Source: an uncultured virus (IMG/VR IMGVR_UViG_3300011437_000001) (lineage: Duplodnaviria > Heunggongvirae > Uroviricota > Caudoviricetes). Taken from it: a DNA stretch of 64,000 nucleotides. Shown here piece by piece: positions 56,701-64,000 of the stretch; the stretch's first letter is position 1, and each line of letters begins with the position of its first letter. A model generated the notes under the pieces. It did no database searches and had not been told where the DNA came from. It saw only the letters and a list, made by a program, of their open reading frames with translations. Location of the stretch: IMG/VR virus record IMGVR_UViG_3300011437_000001, one strand, 5' to 3'. Position numbers and translations under genes: made by a program.

Positions 56701-59700
56701 CCCGTCGGCACCTGGACCTACGCCAGCCGCAACGAAGCCATCCGCAGCATCTCCGGCGCAACCACCAAGCAAGGCTCCGCCGTCGGCAGCGTGAAGATGC
56801 GGGTGAAGCCGGCAGGCACGGCGGAAGCGGCGCCGCCAGAGGCCATGTCCGATGCGAAGTGGGATGCGGACAATCGGGCCGCCAAAGAAAAGTCCTACAA
56901 CGAAAATCTACCCGGCGCGGCGAACAAGCAGACCATTGCCGAGGACGTTGCCACGTGGGGCGCACAGCTCGGCTACGCGCCGCAGCGAATCATCGATGAT
57001 CTTGTGCGAGCTGGACGCGACAAAGCGGATGCCGAGCTAGCCGTGAAGTTTGCCTTTGAGCGCACCGGCAAGCCGCTCAAGCCCGCCATGGCCCGGATGG
57101 AGAAGCCCAAGGCCGAAGTCGGCGTGCCCCTCAAGACCGAGAAGGGCCTGCTCAACCAGGACATCGACATCACCAAGCGCGGCGCGGGGGGTAAGCAAGA
57201 AACCCTCTCCCCCAAGATCGACGAGCAGATCGCGGACAACAAGGCCGCCGCCAAGCAGCGCGAACTGGACAAAGAGATCGGGCAGCAGCCGCTCTTCGGA
57301 GATCCACCGCCGCCGGGCGGAGATCAAATGGGCATCAAGGCCCCGTTCTTCTTCAAGCCCGAGTCCATGGAGAAGTCCGCCCGCATGCTGGGCGAGCAGA
57401 TGGAGCGCGCCGTCTACAGGCTGGCGAAAGCGACCAGGCTGGACAAGGTATTCAAGTTCCGCACGCCCGCCGAGAAGGAGCAATACCGCAAGGATCTGGA
57501 GATCAAGAAGCGCGCGTCACTGCGAACCCACGGGCAGAAGGCCATGGCCGCCGCGACCGCCCGCACCGCCCTGAAAGAGTTCGACCAGCTCGCGGACACG
57601 GAAAACTCGCTCGCACGCTATCGCATCCACCAGGCCATCGTGGGGCAGTACCCGATGGAGCGCCTGCCGGAAGCGCATCGCGCCTGGGCGCAGCGGGCGC
57701 GTGAACTGCAAGACGAAGCCTCGCGGGAGTTCCTGGGCGAAGTCGTGCGGCACTTCGGGGCGGACACGCCGCTCGCACGTTCCGTGGCCCAGAACATCGG
57801 CACCTACCTGCACGAGGGATTCGCCCCCACGGTCAGCGACAAGCTGATCGCCTACCTGCCCGGACGGTTGCGACTGAAAGCTGAACAATTCCAGCGCAAG
57901 CGCGACAAGTGGCGGGTGTTCGTGGGCGGCAAGCCAATCATCGTCAAGGGCCAGGCGGAAGCGGAAGCGCTGCGCCGCGGGCTGCTCTCTCTCCGCGAGC
58001 AGACCGAAGCCATCAACCCGTTCCGGGAAATGCTTGAGTCCCGCAAGGGCTGGGTGAAGAGCAAACTCGAAGAGGGCAAGGTCACGGCGCAGGATCTGAA
58101 GAAGGCGATCGCCGGCAAGAACATCCGCATCGAAAAGCCGCTCACCGAGAAGCAGCGGCTGGATATGGGATTCTCCCGCGACCCGCGCTTCGCCTGGGGC
58201 ATCAGTTACTCCAAGACGGCGCACAACACCGCCATGCTGCGACTCTCCCGCCGGCTGAAGAAGCTAGGGCAGGAGCCGCCGACGCTGGTGGCGGGTGACG
58301 CCAAGGCGGAAGAGACCTGGGCCAAGAGCGAAGGGCTGGAGAAGGTCACCGCCTCGGAGAAGATGGTCGGCAGCCTGCACGGCACCTACCTGCCCAAGCG
58401 CTGGGCTCGCGACATCAACGAAGCGGAGAAGGTCGCGCAGGGCTTCGCCAAGATGTGGCAGGACTACCTCACGATGTGGAAGGTGGCCAAGGTGCTCTAC
58501 AATCCCGCCACGCACCGCCGCAACATCACCGGCAACGTGGGCTTCGCCTTCCTGGCCGGCATGTCGCCGTGGAACCCGGCCAATGCCCCGCACCTGCTCA
58601 AGGCGTTCACCGACATTAAGGGCCGCGGGCCGATGTACCAGCTGCTGATGAAAAACGGGGTGATCGGCGGCGAATGGTTCGGCAACGAAGTGTACGAGAA
58701 GGGCATCGAGTTCATCCGCCAGACGCCCGACTCGCCCATGAAAACCATCTGGCACGTGCTGAACAACATCCATGAGGGCGCGGGCCGCCTTTACAACCTG
58801 GAAGATCAAATCTGGAAGGTGTGGCATGCCTACAAGCTGGAGTCGCAGGGGCTCAAGGGCGCACGCCTGGCTCGCGAGGTGAACAAACACTGGCCCAACT
58901 ACGCCGGTCTGCCGCGCTGGGTGAAGAAGGTCTCTCGGGATTGGCGGGGCACACCGTTCGTGGCCTTCAACGCGGAAGCCGCCCGCATCTACAAGAACGC
59001 GGCGTTGCGGCACCCGGGCCGGCTGATGCTTTGGACGCTGTGGCCCACCATGCTGACCAAGGGCACCGTGGCCTACCTGGGCATCTCCGACGACGAGAAG
59101 GAACTGATCGACGAGAGGCGGAGCATTCTGCGGGTGCCGGGCACGGAGTTGGAACTCGACTTGCAGCCGCTGCTGCCCTATCGCGACGATCGCGGCGCCG
59201 TCCGCACCATCGACATTCGCTACGACATTCCGCTGGGCAATGAGTTGCTGGAGCTGTTCGAGGGACGCCCGCCGGTAATGATGCAACCCGGCATAGTCAC
59301 CGTGCAGGACATACTCTACAACAAAGACCGCTACACCAAGCAACAGATCGTCAGCGACGACGATCCGCCCTCGACCAAGTTCGCCAAGTACGCGCGGCAC
59401 TTCTTCCAAGAGACCGTGCCGGCCCCCTCCTGGGCTCCGACGCAGCACGGCTGGAACCGCGTGCGGGACGCCATCAACGGCACGCGAGAGGACGGCGTGC
59501 TGGAAGCCTTCGGTTCGGCGCTGGGCGGTATCAACTTCCGCCGGCCATACTCGACGCGCGAGGAAGCCCTGCGGCGACTCAAGACCCGCGCACTGCTGGA
59601 CGATCGCATCGCGGACCTGGTGCAGCGAGCCATCGGCGAAGACCTGCGGGAGATCCCCAACAAGCGACTGCTGCGGCTGCTGGAGCGCAGCGAAGAAACG

Positions 59701-60114
59701 CAAACGCTGCTGGAGCTGTGGAACCAGTCCTACCGTTCGCTGGGTGGGCCCACGGCCCGCGTGACCGACCCCATCACTTCCGAGACCATCGCCGCCTCGC
59801 TCAAGAACGACGTGGCCCGCATCTCGCTCTTCGAGTTGCGACTGTCGCACCTGATGCAGAAAGACGTGTCCGGGGACATCGACCCCGGGGAGAAGGCGGA
59901 GCTGCAATCCATCCGCGAGTACGAGCCGCAGATCGTGGACATGATGCAGCGCATGCAGGCCGCCGAGGACGACGCGACCAAGGCTCAACTCATCGAACAA
60001 TTCGACGGGCTGCTGAAACGCGCTCGCGTGCAGATGCCGGACGCCAAGCACCCCGAACGGGAGCTGAAGCGTCTGCGCCAGCGCGGGGAGAACCCGCTAC
60101 GAGATGCCGGATAA
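53782..60114 (+). CDS. Very large (2110 aa) putative internal virion/ejection protein
   Basis: Last gene of the late operon; Gly/Ala hydrophobic N-region, charged middle, helical C-region (YNPATHRRNITGN, PFVAFNAE). Confidence 0.65.
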   Translation: MPNDNPFIVKPTFDELVQGEKMLQVAERAYRARYEHAEREAAKPKPPPEKKGFFRKARDIAVEGASHTLPGQIAQLAAGVQLTPETMGTEDLGTVGRGMAGIGGFAADPVTWGSMGLGRLAGGAAMKGAATILGEKGMQKVAESGLKRLALKGATAAPAGATTLAGIEAVKNPFAQLIATGEYSPGEHAKETLKSAALGGAAGAAGALPMVGLPAEVATFAVGEPLLHGEMPDQEDWLNAAMTIGGLRAAGIVTRGMKDVAARTPPKEVAKNILREMDPREGLFVFRAAQHARAQRENAYKYAPPEGTNGRYEPIPVTLTPDGKPAKGTKWAVRDKDADRIDAKQYDNFLDAASSADKVNFTVADQPNLTAKSPLEVAEPGPVGTSAAPRGPTAETPTQAPAPATPPAKPTFRQFVESKGFKLPEGKPTPEQVAQIKAFKAEYDAIGVKPVSTTEQPLKTPQTAQGATQAVPSPTAQGKPVEPLGASGIDKFELSQESAVGQPAPVVPKTKPVTKKAIGQGVKDARSEVQKLYQRHREVIDGEEPGVRDRALSEEANVETALRPGYSFKQGYESQAKELQERLPADLRKNVRVVKKGSPNYQSADGQDVFAGVGTDKMAESIIRYAEQAPGRNNAAALDRTIQFAKSNPEMFTPEEHGVIKNYEQSRVGEGVEPIAAEQLKVGDQFEIQGKPHKVEGISPDTGKVKITDDIDIDLPARGKVFADKGSLREKPASVEFDPFEIEENPFRQEAAIPPRTSETMGEAIALSSPSGKISKRAKQAAEQRLGEKLFGKEGLQRTQPEQPAPAEAAARKAKELRDLAARGMKPKAYAKEAARLEAEAAKPQEIEYFKGDRIQYTGKVTPEGWREFVYLEGAKKGQTGVAPTAEMIAKDRAQRQKEEADMQAGFRRLAESQKKETRQPKQIIEDTVAENLAAAGKSDPVTFTDGTRTLQLWKSKTLAGTRYTIAELKDGKPVGTWTYASRNEAIRSISGATTKQGSAVGSVKMRVKPAGTAEAAPPEAMSDAKWDADNRAAKEKSYNENLPGAANKQTIAEDVATWGAQLGYAPQRIIDDLVRAGRDKADAELAVKFAFERTGKPLKPAMARMEKPKAEVGVPLKTEKGLLNQDIDITKRGAGGKQETLSPKIDEQIADNKAAAKQRELDKEIGQQPLFGDPPPPGGDQMGIKAPFFFKPESMEKSARMLGEQMERAVYRLAKATRLDKVFKFRTPAEKEQYRKDLEIKKRASLRTHGQKAMAAATARTALKEFDQLADTENSLARYRIHQAIVGQYPMERLPEAHRAWAQRARELQDEASREFLGEVVRHFGADTPLARSVAQNIGTYLHEGFAPTVSDKLIAYLPGRLRLKAEQFQRKRDKWRVFVGGKPIIVKGQAEAEALRRGLLSLREQTEAINPFREMLESRKGWVKSKLEEGKVTAQDLKKAIAGKNIRIEKPLTEKQRLDMGFSRDPRFAWGISYSKTAHNTAMLRLSRRLKKLGQEPPTLVAGDAKAEETWAKSEGLEKVTASEKMVGSLHGTYLPKRWARDINEAEKVAQGFAKMWQDYLTMWKVAKVLYNPATHRRNITGNVGFAFLAGMSPWNPANAPHLLKAFTDIKGRGPMYQLLMKNGVIGGEWFGNEVYEKGIEFIRQTPDSPMKTIWHVLNNIHEGAGRLYNLEDQIWKVWHAYKLESQGLKGARLAREVNKHWPNYAGLPRWVKKVSRDWRGTPFVAFNAEAARIYKNAALRHPGRLMLWTLWPTMLTKGTVAYLGISDDEKELIDERRSILRVPGTELELDLQPLLPYRDDRGAVRTIDIRYDIPLGNELLELFEGRPPVMMQPGIVTVQDILYNKDRYTKQQIVSDDDPPSTKFAKYARHFFQETVPAPSWAPTQHGWNRVRDAINGTREDGVLEAFGSALGGINFRRPYSTREEALRRLKTRALLDDRIADLVQRAIGEDLREIPNKRLLRLLERSEETQTLLELWNQSYRSLGGPTARVTDPITSETIAASLKNDVARISLFELRLSHLMQKDVSGDIDPGEKAELQSIREYEPQIVDMMQRMQAAEDDATKAQLIEQFDGLLKRARVQMPDAKHPERELKRLRQRGENPLRDAG

Positions 60115-60230
60115 CCGCAAAACCCTGCGCTACCGCTGCCCGGACGTTTGAAGTCAGCTGATTACTGTCAAGGGGGCTAAACTTGACACTAGCCGAATTG
60201 ACGTTCTAGGCTCTTAGGGGAAAGAATGAT

Positions 60231-60314
60231 TGCCCCGGCGGGGGCTCGAACCCCGACGGCCTTTCGACCGACAGCTTCCAAAGCTGCTCCGTCTGCCAAT
60301 TCCGGCACCGGGGC
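60231..60314 (-). tRNA. Atypical tRNA: class II (Leu-type) body with TGG (Pro) anticodon
   Basis: GCCCCGG-TG-CCG-GAATTGGCAGA-CGG-A-GCAGC-TTTGGAA-GCTGT-CGGTCGAAAGGCCGT-CGGGG-TTCGAGC-CCCCG-CCGGGGC-A. Confidence 0.85.
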
Positions 60315-60447
60315 GGTTTCTAGATGCGGGGGAGACGACGGCCATGCCCTTGCAAGGTGACCGTCGCCCCCCGCTTGCTTTCTGGGGGCTGTCTAGGGCT
60401 ATTGGCGGTAAGTTAGGCTGGTTGCGTCAAGTCGATCGCGTGCGTGC

Positions 60448-60822
60448 TCATATCTTGATCTCCTGCATCACGGCGGTGATCTCCGCCGGGTCTACCTCGA
60501 AATAATCCGCCGCCGCCAGCACGCGGCCCCACGAACCCTCGTCCCAGCGCGTGGCGTCCAGCAGCCAGAACTGCTCCAGGGTCTGCGCGCTCAATAGCGG
60601 CAACTGCCGGCGGGACGCATGCTCGGGGGTAAGCAGAATCTCCAGCCAGCAAGCCAAACACATCTGGCTATCGACGCGGTGACCTTCGGTGGCGCGGTAG
60701 TACGCGGGCACGAAGCGCTCGATCTTTGGGTCCTGGCGGGAACACCACGCACACCAGAACCCAATCGTACGCTCGCACCCGCCTTGGAGGCGCTTGCGAT
60801 GTCGTCTTTTGCGCGAGGCCAT
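60448..60822 (-). CDS. Hypothetical Cys-containing protein
   Basis: WCAWC...MCLACW. Confidence 0.55.
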   Translation of the reverse strand: MASRKRRHRKRLQGGCERTIGFWCAWCSRQDPKIERFVPAYYRATEGHRVDSQMCLACWLEILLTPEHASRRQLPLLSAQTLEQFWLLDATRWDEGSWGRVLAAADYFEVDPAEITAVMQEIKI

Positions 60823-60832
60823 ACCACGACAA

Positions 60833-61402
60833 TCATGGCTGCAACAGCAGCTTCTCTATCGCCTGGACCTTGATCTGGTGCGAACGCTGCTTGCTCACTC
60901 CGACCATGGCGGCGATCTCCCTGTGTGTCAGCCTATCCGCCCGCATGCTCAGCACGACCAACTCTTGCTCCGACAACCGCGACAGGCGGGGATGCTCTTC
61001 GGGCACTCCGCCGGTGGGCTTGGCTTCCGCGTCAGCCAGCCACCCAGAACCCGCGTTTTGCAGCTTTTGCGCTTTAGACGATCGATGCGCGCTGCGAATC
61101 GCCCGGTCGATGGCGCGCACGGCGTAGGTGCTGAACTTCACGCCCCGGCTTGGTGAAAAGCTGCGCACGGCACGCAGGAACGCGAGCATCCCGTCGGAAT
61201 AGATGGGGTCCAAGTCGATCCTCCTGGACTGCCGCTCCAAATGGGCCGTGACCCTACTCACCAGCAAGGGCATGTTGGCCTTGATGAAGGCGCTGATGAT
61301 CGTGCTGCACGGATCACATAGAGGAAGGTGGGGGCGGCGCTTGCCGACCTGCCCCCTCTTGTTGCGGCACCCGCAGCGATCCAATGTGGCCCACGGCTCC
61401 AT
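60833..61402 (-). CDS. Phage-encoded sigma-70-family factor (regions 2 and 4)
   Basis: DGMLAFLRAVRSFSPSRGVKFSTYAVRAI (region 2) and LSEQE...THREIAAMVGVSKQRSHQIKVQAIEKL (region 4). Confidence 0.85.
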   Translation of the reverse strand: MEPWATLDRCGCRNKRGQVGKRRPHLPLCDPCSTIISAFIKANMPLLVSRVTAHLERQSRRIDLDPIYSDGMLAFLRAVRSFSPSRGVKFSTYAVRAIDRAIRSAHRSSKAQKLQNAGSGWLADAEAKPTGGVPEEHPRLSRLSEQELVVLSMRADRLTHREIAAMVGVSKQRSHQIKVQAIEKLLLQP

Positions 61403-61417
61403 TCCAGCGAGTCCTTT

Positions 61418-61804
61418 TTACTTCGCCGGCTTGGCCAGCTTGAGCTTGGGGCTGTGCCCGTTGCGCGTCGCGTCCGCGGCCTTCGCCGGCTCGCTTGGCG
61501 GCTGGTTCACGGGCTCTGCGGTCGGCGCATTCGCCTGGGGCTTGGCTGCCGGCGGCGCCACCACCGCCAATTCATCCAGGCGCAGGATCGAGCTGCGTGG
61601 AATCTTGTGCATGTTGGCCACGCCCTGCGCCGTGCGAATTTGCGCCACCACGATGTAGCCGTCGGACGCATGGATCAGCGTGCCCACGACCTCGATCATG
61701 GACAACTGCTGCTCGCACCATTGCCGAATCGACTGGCCACTCAGAAGGTCGGGGTGGCTCTGCGAATTGACCCACGACACGCGAACCCAATCATTGATCT
61801 TCAC
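61418..61804 (-). CDS. Hypothetical phage protein
   Basis: AGGAG RBS; VRVSWVNS...VVGTL...IPRSSI. Confidence 0.65.
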   Translation of the reverse strand: MKINDWVRVSWVNSQSHPDLLSGQSIRQWCEQQLSMIEVVGTLIHASDGYIVVAQIRTAQGVANMHKIPRSSILRLDELAVVAPPAAKPQANAPTAEPVNQPPSEPAKAADATRNGHSPKLKLAKPAK

Positions 61805-61946
61805 TGAGATGTTCTCCTGCTGCTAAAAAAGAGGCCCCGGCACGCTCACGCGACAAGCGGGTTAGTCTCGACCGCTGGGCTGGCCAGACCAGCACCGGGG
61901 CGAAAGTTCAAAACGTCAGCCGCCGATCAGCGTTTGCAAGATCGGC

Positions 61947-61985
61947 AAAAAAAGAGGAGCGCGTCGTGGCGCGACCGCACTCCTC
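61947..61985 (-). terminator. Intrinsic terminator
   Basis: GAGGAGTGCG...CGCGCTCCTC followed by T7 on the minus strand. Confidence 0.7.
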
Positions 61986-62110
61986 CTTTATCGTTCCGAT
62001 GCCGGGGGGCCAGTCCCGGTTTAGGCCATGACGCGGAGGACCGCGACATTTCGGGGAACAAAAGGTCGCGGGCGAGTCCGGTTCCCCAACGCGATCCCAC
62101 CCGCGCGGGC

Positions 62111-62197
62111 TCAAAACCCGACAATCACCTGGATGGCCGCAAACAGGCCAACCAAGAGTGCGATGAACTCCAGCCACAGTCCTTCAAAGAACGTCAT
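62111..62197 (-). CDS. 28-aa hydrophobic peptide
   Basis: AGGAA RBS; MTFFEGLWLEFIALLVGLFAAIQVIVGF; below the ORF-track cutoff. Confidence 0.55.
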   Translation of the reverse strand: MTFFEGLWLEFIALLVGLFAAIQVIVGF

Positions 62198-62226
62198 TTG
62201 GGTGTTTCCTTCCTGCGGCTTGGCCG

Positions 62227-62598
62227 CTAGTTGTTCCCAGGCTCCTGCACCGCCATGGAACCCGTAGGCGTCACTGGCTCGCCATAGGGATCATTGATGT
62301 CGGTAGCAACCTCCTCCGTTTTGCGGCGCTCGTCCTTGATGAACCAGTCGAGCACATCTTGCTTGACCTCGAAGGTCACGCACTGCCCCTCGCCCGGCCC
62401 AAGGACAATCTTTTGGCCGAGGAACTCCATGCGGTATTCGCCGCAGTTACGGCAGCCGGTAGCCAGGCAGAACACTAACAGTGTGGCGCATCCCGCCGCG
62501 AGTTCGGCGTTCCACACGGAGCCCCAACGACGGCGCATGTCTCGACCGCAGTCGGCGCAGTACCCATAGCGGTCAATGTTCTTGTGGTCGCATGGCAT
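62227..62598 (-). CDS. Putative membrane/lipoprotein
   Basis: N-terminal Cys/His cluster, then a hydrophobic stretch ending LATGC. Confidence 0.55.
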   Translation of the reverse strand: MPCDHKNIDRYGYCADCGRDMRRRWGSVWNAELAAGCATLLVFCLATGCRNCGEYRMEFLGQKIVLGPGEGQCVTFEVKQDVLDWFIKDERRKTEEVATDINDPYGEPVTPTGSMAVQEPGNN

Positions 62599-62604
62599 CA
62601 GTTG

Positions 62605-62754
62605 TTACTCTACGTGGCTGTGGGTCTTGGATTCCTCGGGAACCACGTCCTCGCAAGGCTCCCACTGCTGATCAACCCAGCAAGCGCCCCGATTGATCGC
62701 CGCGCATCCACTGAACCCGAGACACAGCACCAACAGCAACAATGTTTTCTTCAT
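62605..62754 (-). CDS. Small putative lipoprotein
   Basis: MKKTLLLLVLCLGFSGC; AAAGGA RBS. Confidence 0.65.
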   Translation of the reverse strand: MKKTLLLLVLCLGFSGCAAINRGACWVDQQWEPCEDVVPEESKTHSHVE

Positions 62755-62764
62755 ACAGTTCCTT

Positions 62765-62908
62765 TCATTCGCAAGTGCATAACCCGATTCTGTCTCTAAG
62801 CCCACGGCTGGGCGGAATCGGTTGGTTCTTGATTTCCTCTAAGACCTCGACCGCCTTACGGTGCAGTTCTGCCTCCGCATCTTTGAGTAACTGCTCAAAC
62901 GGTCGCAT
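62765..62908 (-). CDS. Small hypothetical protein (47 aa)
   Basis: MRPFEQLLKDAEAE...; fills the gap exactly. Confidence 0.4.
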   Translation of the reverse strand: MRPFEQLLKDAEAELHRKAVEVLEEIKNQPIPPSRGLRDRIGLCTCE

Positions 62909-63157
62909 TCACTTTCCCGCTGGACGTTTGTCCAGCCCCTTCTCCTTGAGCAGCTTCGCCAAATCGTCCATGTGCAGGCAGTCGCACAGGCACGCCGAAG
63001 CACCGGGGCTTTGAATCTGAGCGATGCGCCCATTGCAGTAGTCGTTTCCCGGCTGCGCTTCAACTAGATAGCCGATCGCGCAGACGCTCGTGCCGTCGTG
63101 GTTGATGTGAACGATTGAATCGCCATTCTTCGCTTCACGACCATTTCGATAGTGCAT
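62909..63157 (-). CDS. Small hypothetical protein
   Basis: MHYRNGREAKNGD...DYCNG...CDCLHMDD; AGG RBS. Confidence 0.65.
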   Translation of the reverse strand: MHYRNGREAKNGDSIVHINHDGTSVCAIGYLVEAQPGNDYCNGRIAQIQSPGASACLCDCLHMDDLAKLLKEKGLDKRPAGK

Positions 63158-63170
63158 TACCCTGTTCCTT

Positions 63171-63572
63171 TCAGGTAAGTTTCTTCACTCGTTTATGCAC
63201 CGTCGCGTTCACCGCGTCGTGGTGCAGCTTCATGTGGGCCTTCACGTCCGGCCCCCAATCCTCAATATACCCGATCATTCTATCCGTTGACTGGCGGTAT
63301 CGCACGCCCTTCCATGCGGCAAAACCAAGGCACGCGCAGCCAAGATAGGCAGCACCGAGCTGAATGTTGACCGTGGTGATGATGTTGCCGTCTCCGCTCG
63401 CTCGATTGTCCGTGCTCGCCGTCTGCGGCCTGGTGGCAACGTCAACGTGCGTATCAATCACCGGGGCTTTGAGACACCCAACCAGCATCCATATGGTGAA
63501 AAACACGAGAAATCCAGTGATGGAAATCAACCATATTGCCCGTCGAAAGAGCGGTTTCGGGGGATAGGTCAT
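63171..63572 (-). CDS. Membrane protein with two hydrophobic segments
   Basis: AIWLISITGFLVFFTIWMLVGC and LGAAYLGCACLGFAAW. Confidence 0.6.
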   Translation of the reverse strand: MTYPPKPLFRRAIWLISITGFLVFFTIWMLVGCLKAPVIDTHVDVATRPQTASTDNRASGDGNIITTVNIQLGAAYLGCACLGFAAWKGVRYRQSTDRMIGYIEDWGPDVKAHMKLHHDAVNATVHKRVKKLT

Positions 63573-63578
63573 AGCTTC

Positions 63579-63821
63579 TCAACATAGACGAATCTGGGTG
63601 TATCCGATTCGTTCGGCCAGCTTTTTTGTGCCCAACATGATTTCGCTGGAGCCACCCCAAATATGTGAGCCCACGAGAGCATCCAAATGTGGCACAGGGT
63701 TCAGTACCTTGAGGCACGGTTGCCCTGCTGGGGCACGCTTATCGTTGGCCGGGCCGAGGTCTAATTCGGCGGTACCATCGGGTAAATAGCGGACATCCTG
63801 GATAATCGCGTCAATGCTCAT
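63579..63821 (-). CDS. Hypothetical protein
   Basis: 80-aa ORF in the same operon. Confidence 0.55.
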   Translation of the reverse strand: MSIDAIIQDVRYLPDGTAELDLGPANDKRAPAGQPCLKVLNPVPHLDALVGSHIWGGSSEIMLGTKKLAERIGYTQIRLC

Positions 63822-64000
63822 GTTTTTTCGTATCTTCCCGGCAGCCCCTTCGCTCGTAGATGCCCGTGCTGGCTCAGCTTGAGCTAATAGGCACCAATCG
63901 ATTCCACGCAGTCCATGGCGTTAACCTGAAGGGCCAGCACGCGGTCATAAACCACCATGCCCTTGCGGATGCCTTCCAATTCACGGGCCACCTTGAGGTT

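Larger units (their letters stand above)
1..64000. mobile_element. Temperate tailed bacteriophage genome (podovirus-like structural module), apparently non-integrated; partial
   Basis: Terminase, portal, scaffold, capsid, tail, integrase, helicase and recombination genes are present with no housekeeping genes; phage-like genes lie on both sides of the att core. Confidence 0.93.

Noticed and set aside
26591..60051. Long antisense ORFs opposite the structural genes (e.g. 26591-28627, 36100-38091, 58264-60051)
   Set aside because: Typical shadow ORFs of GC-rich coding DNA, with no motifs or start signals.
1..64000. Host assignment (the integrase and overall style suggested Planctomycetota to me)
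   Set aside because: This is an impression only; it needs a tRNA-Phe core match or protein phylogeny.
63884..64000. C-terminal fragment of a minus-strand ORF entering from beyond the window
   Set aside because: Only 38 codons are visible, so no function can be assigned.

Overview
The whole window reads as one GC-rich temperate tailed-phage genome with no recognisable host genes. It continues past both ends on the minus strand. Layout: (1) 1-13.4 kb, minus strand: many small hypothetical genes, tRNA-Trp, RuvC, a Rad50/SbcC-like ATPase, a putative annealing protein and a YqaJ exonuclease. (2) 13.5-16.1 kb: small regulators, a tyrosine integrase and an attP-like 3' half of tRNA-Phe. (3) 16.2-24 kb, minus strand: small genes, DnaB, a replication initiator and an HNH nuclease. 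(4) 24.2-60.1 kb, plus strand: intein-containing large terminase, portal, scaffold, major capsid, podovirus-like tail and fibre genes, and probable ejection proteins. (5) 60.2-64 kb, minus strand: an atypical tRNA, a sigma-70-family factor and small membrane proteins. The most notable feature is at 11.3-12.74 kb. A 270-nt array of about 55 GGY-NN pentamers (constant GGC/GGT, variable dinucleotide, punctuated by GGCA) lies directly upstream of a stand-alone Cas7/RAMP-like gene and an adjacent partner gene. There are no CRISPR repeats or other cas genes, so this is a candidate non-CRISPR RNA-guided system. Also unusual are a tRNA with a Leu-type body and a Pro (TGG) anticodon, an apparently rearranged terminase nuclease domain, and a recurring TAAGTS-N13-GASTTA-like operator motif. 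All protein calls come from motif recognition by eye; no database searches were run.
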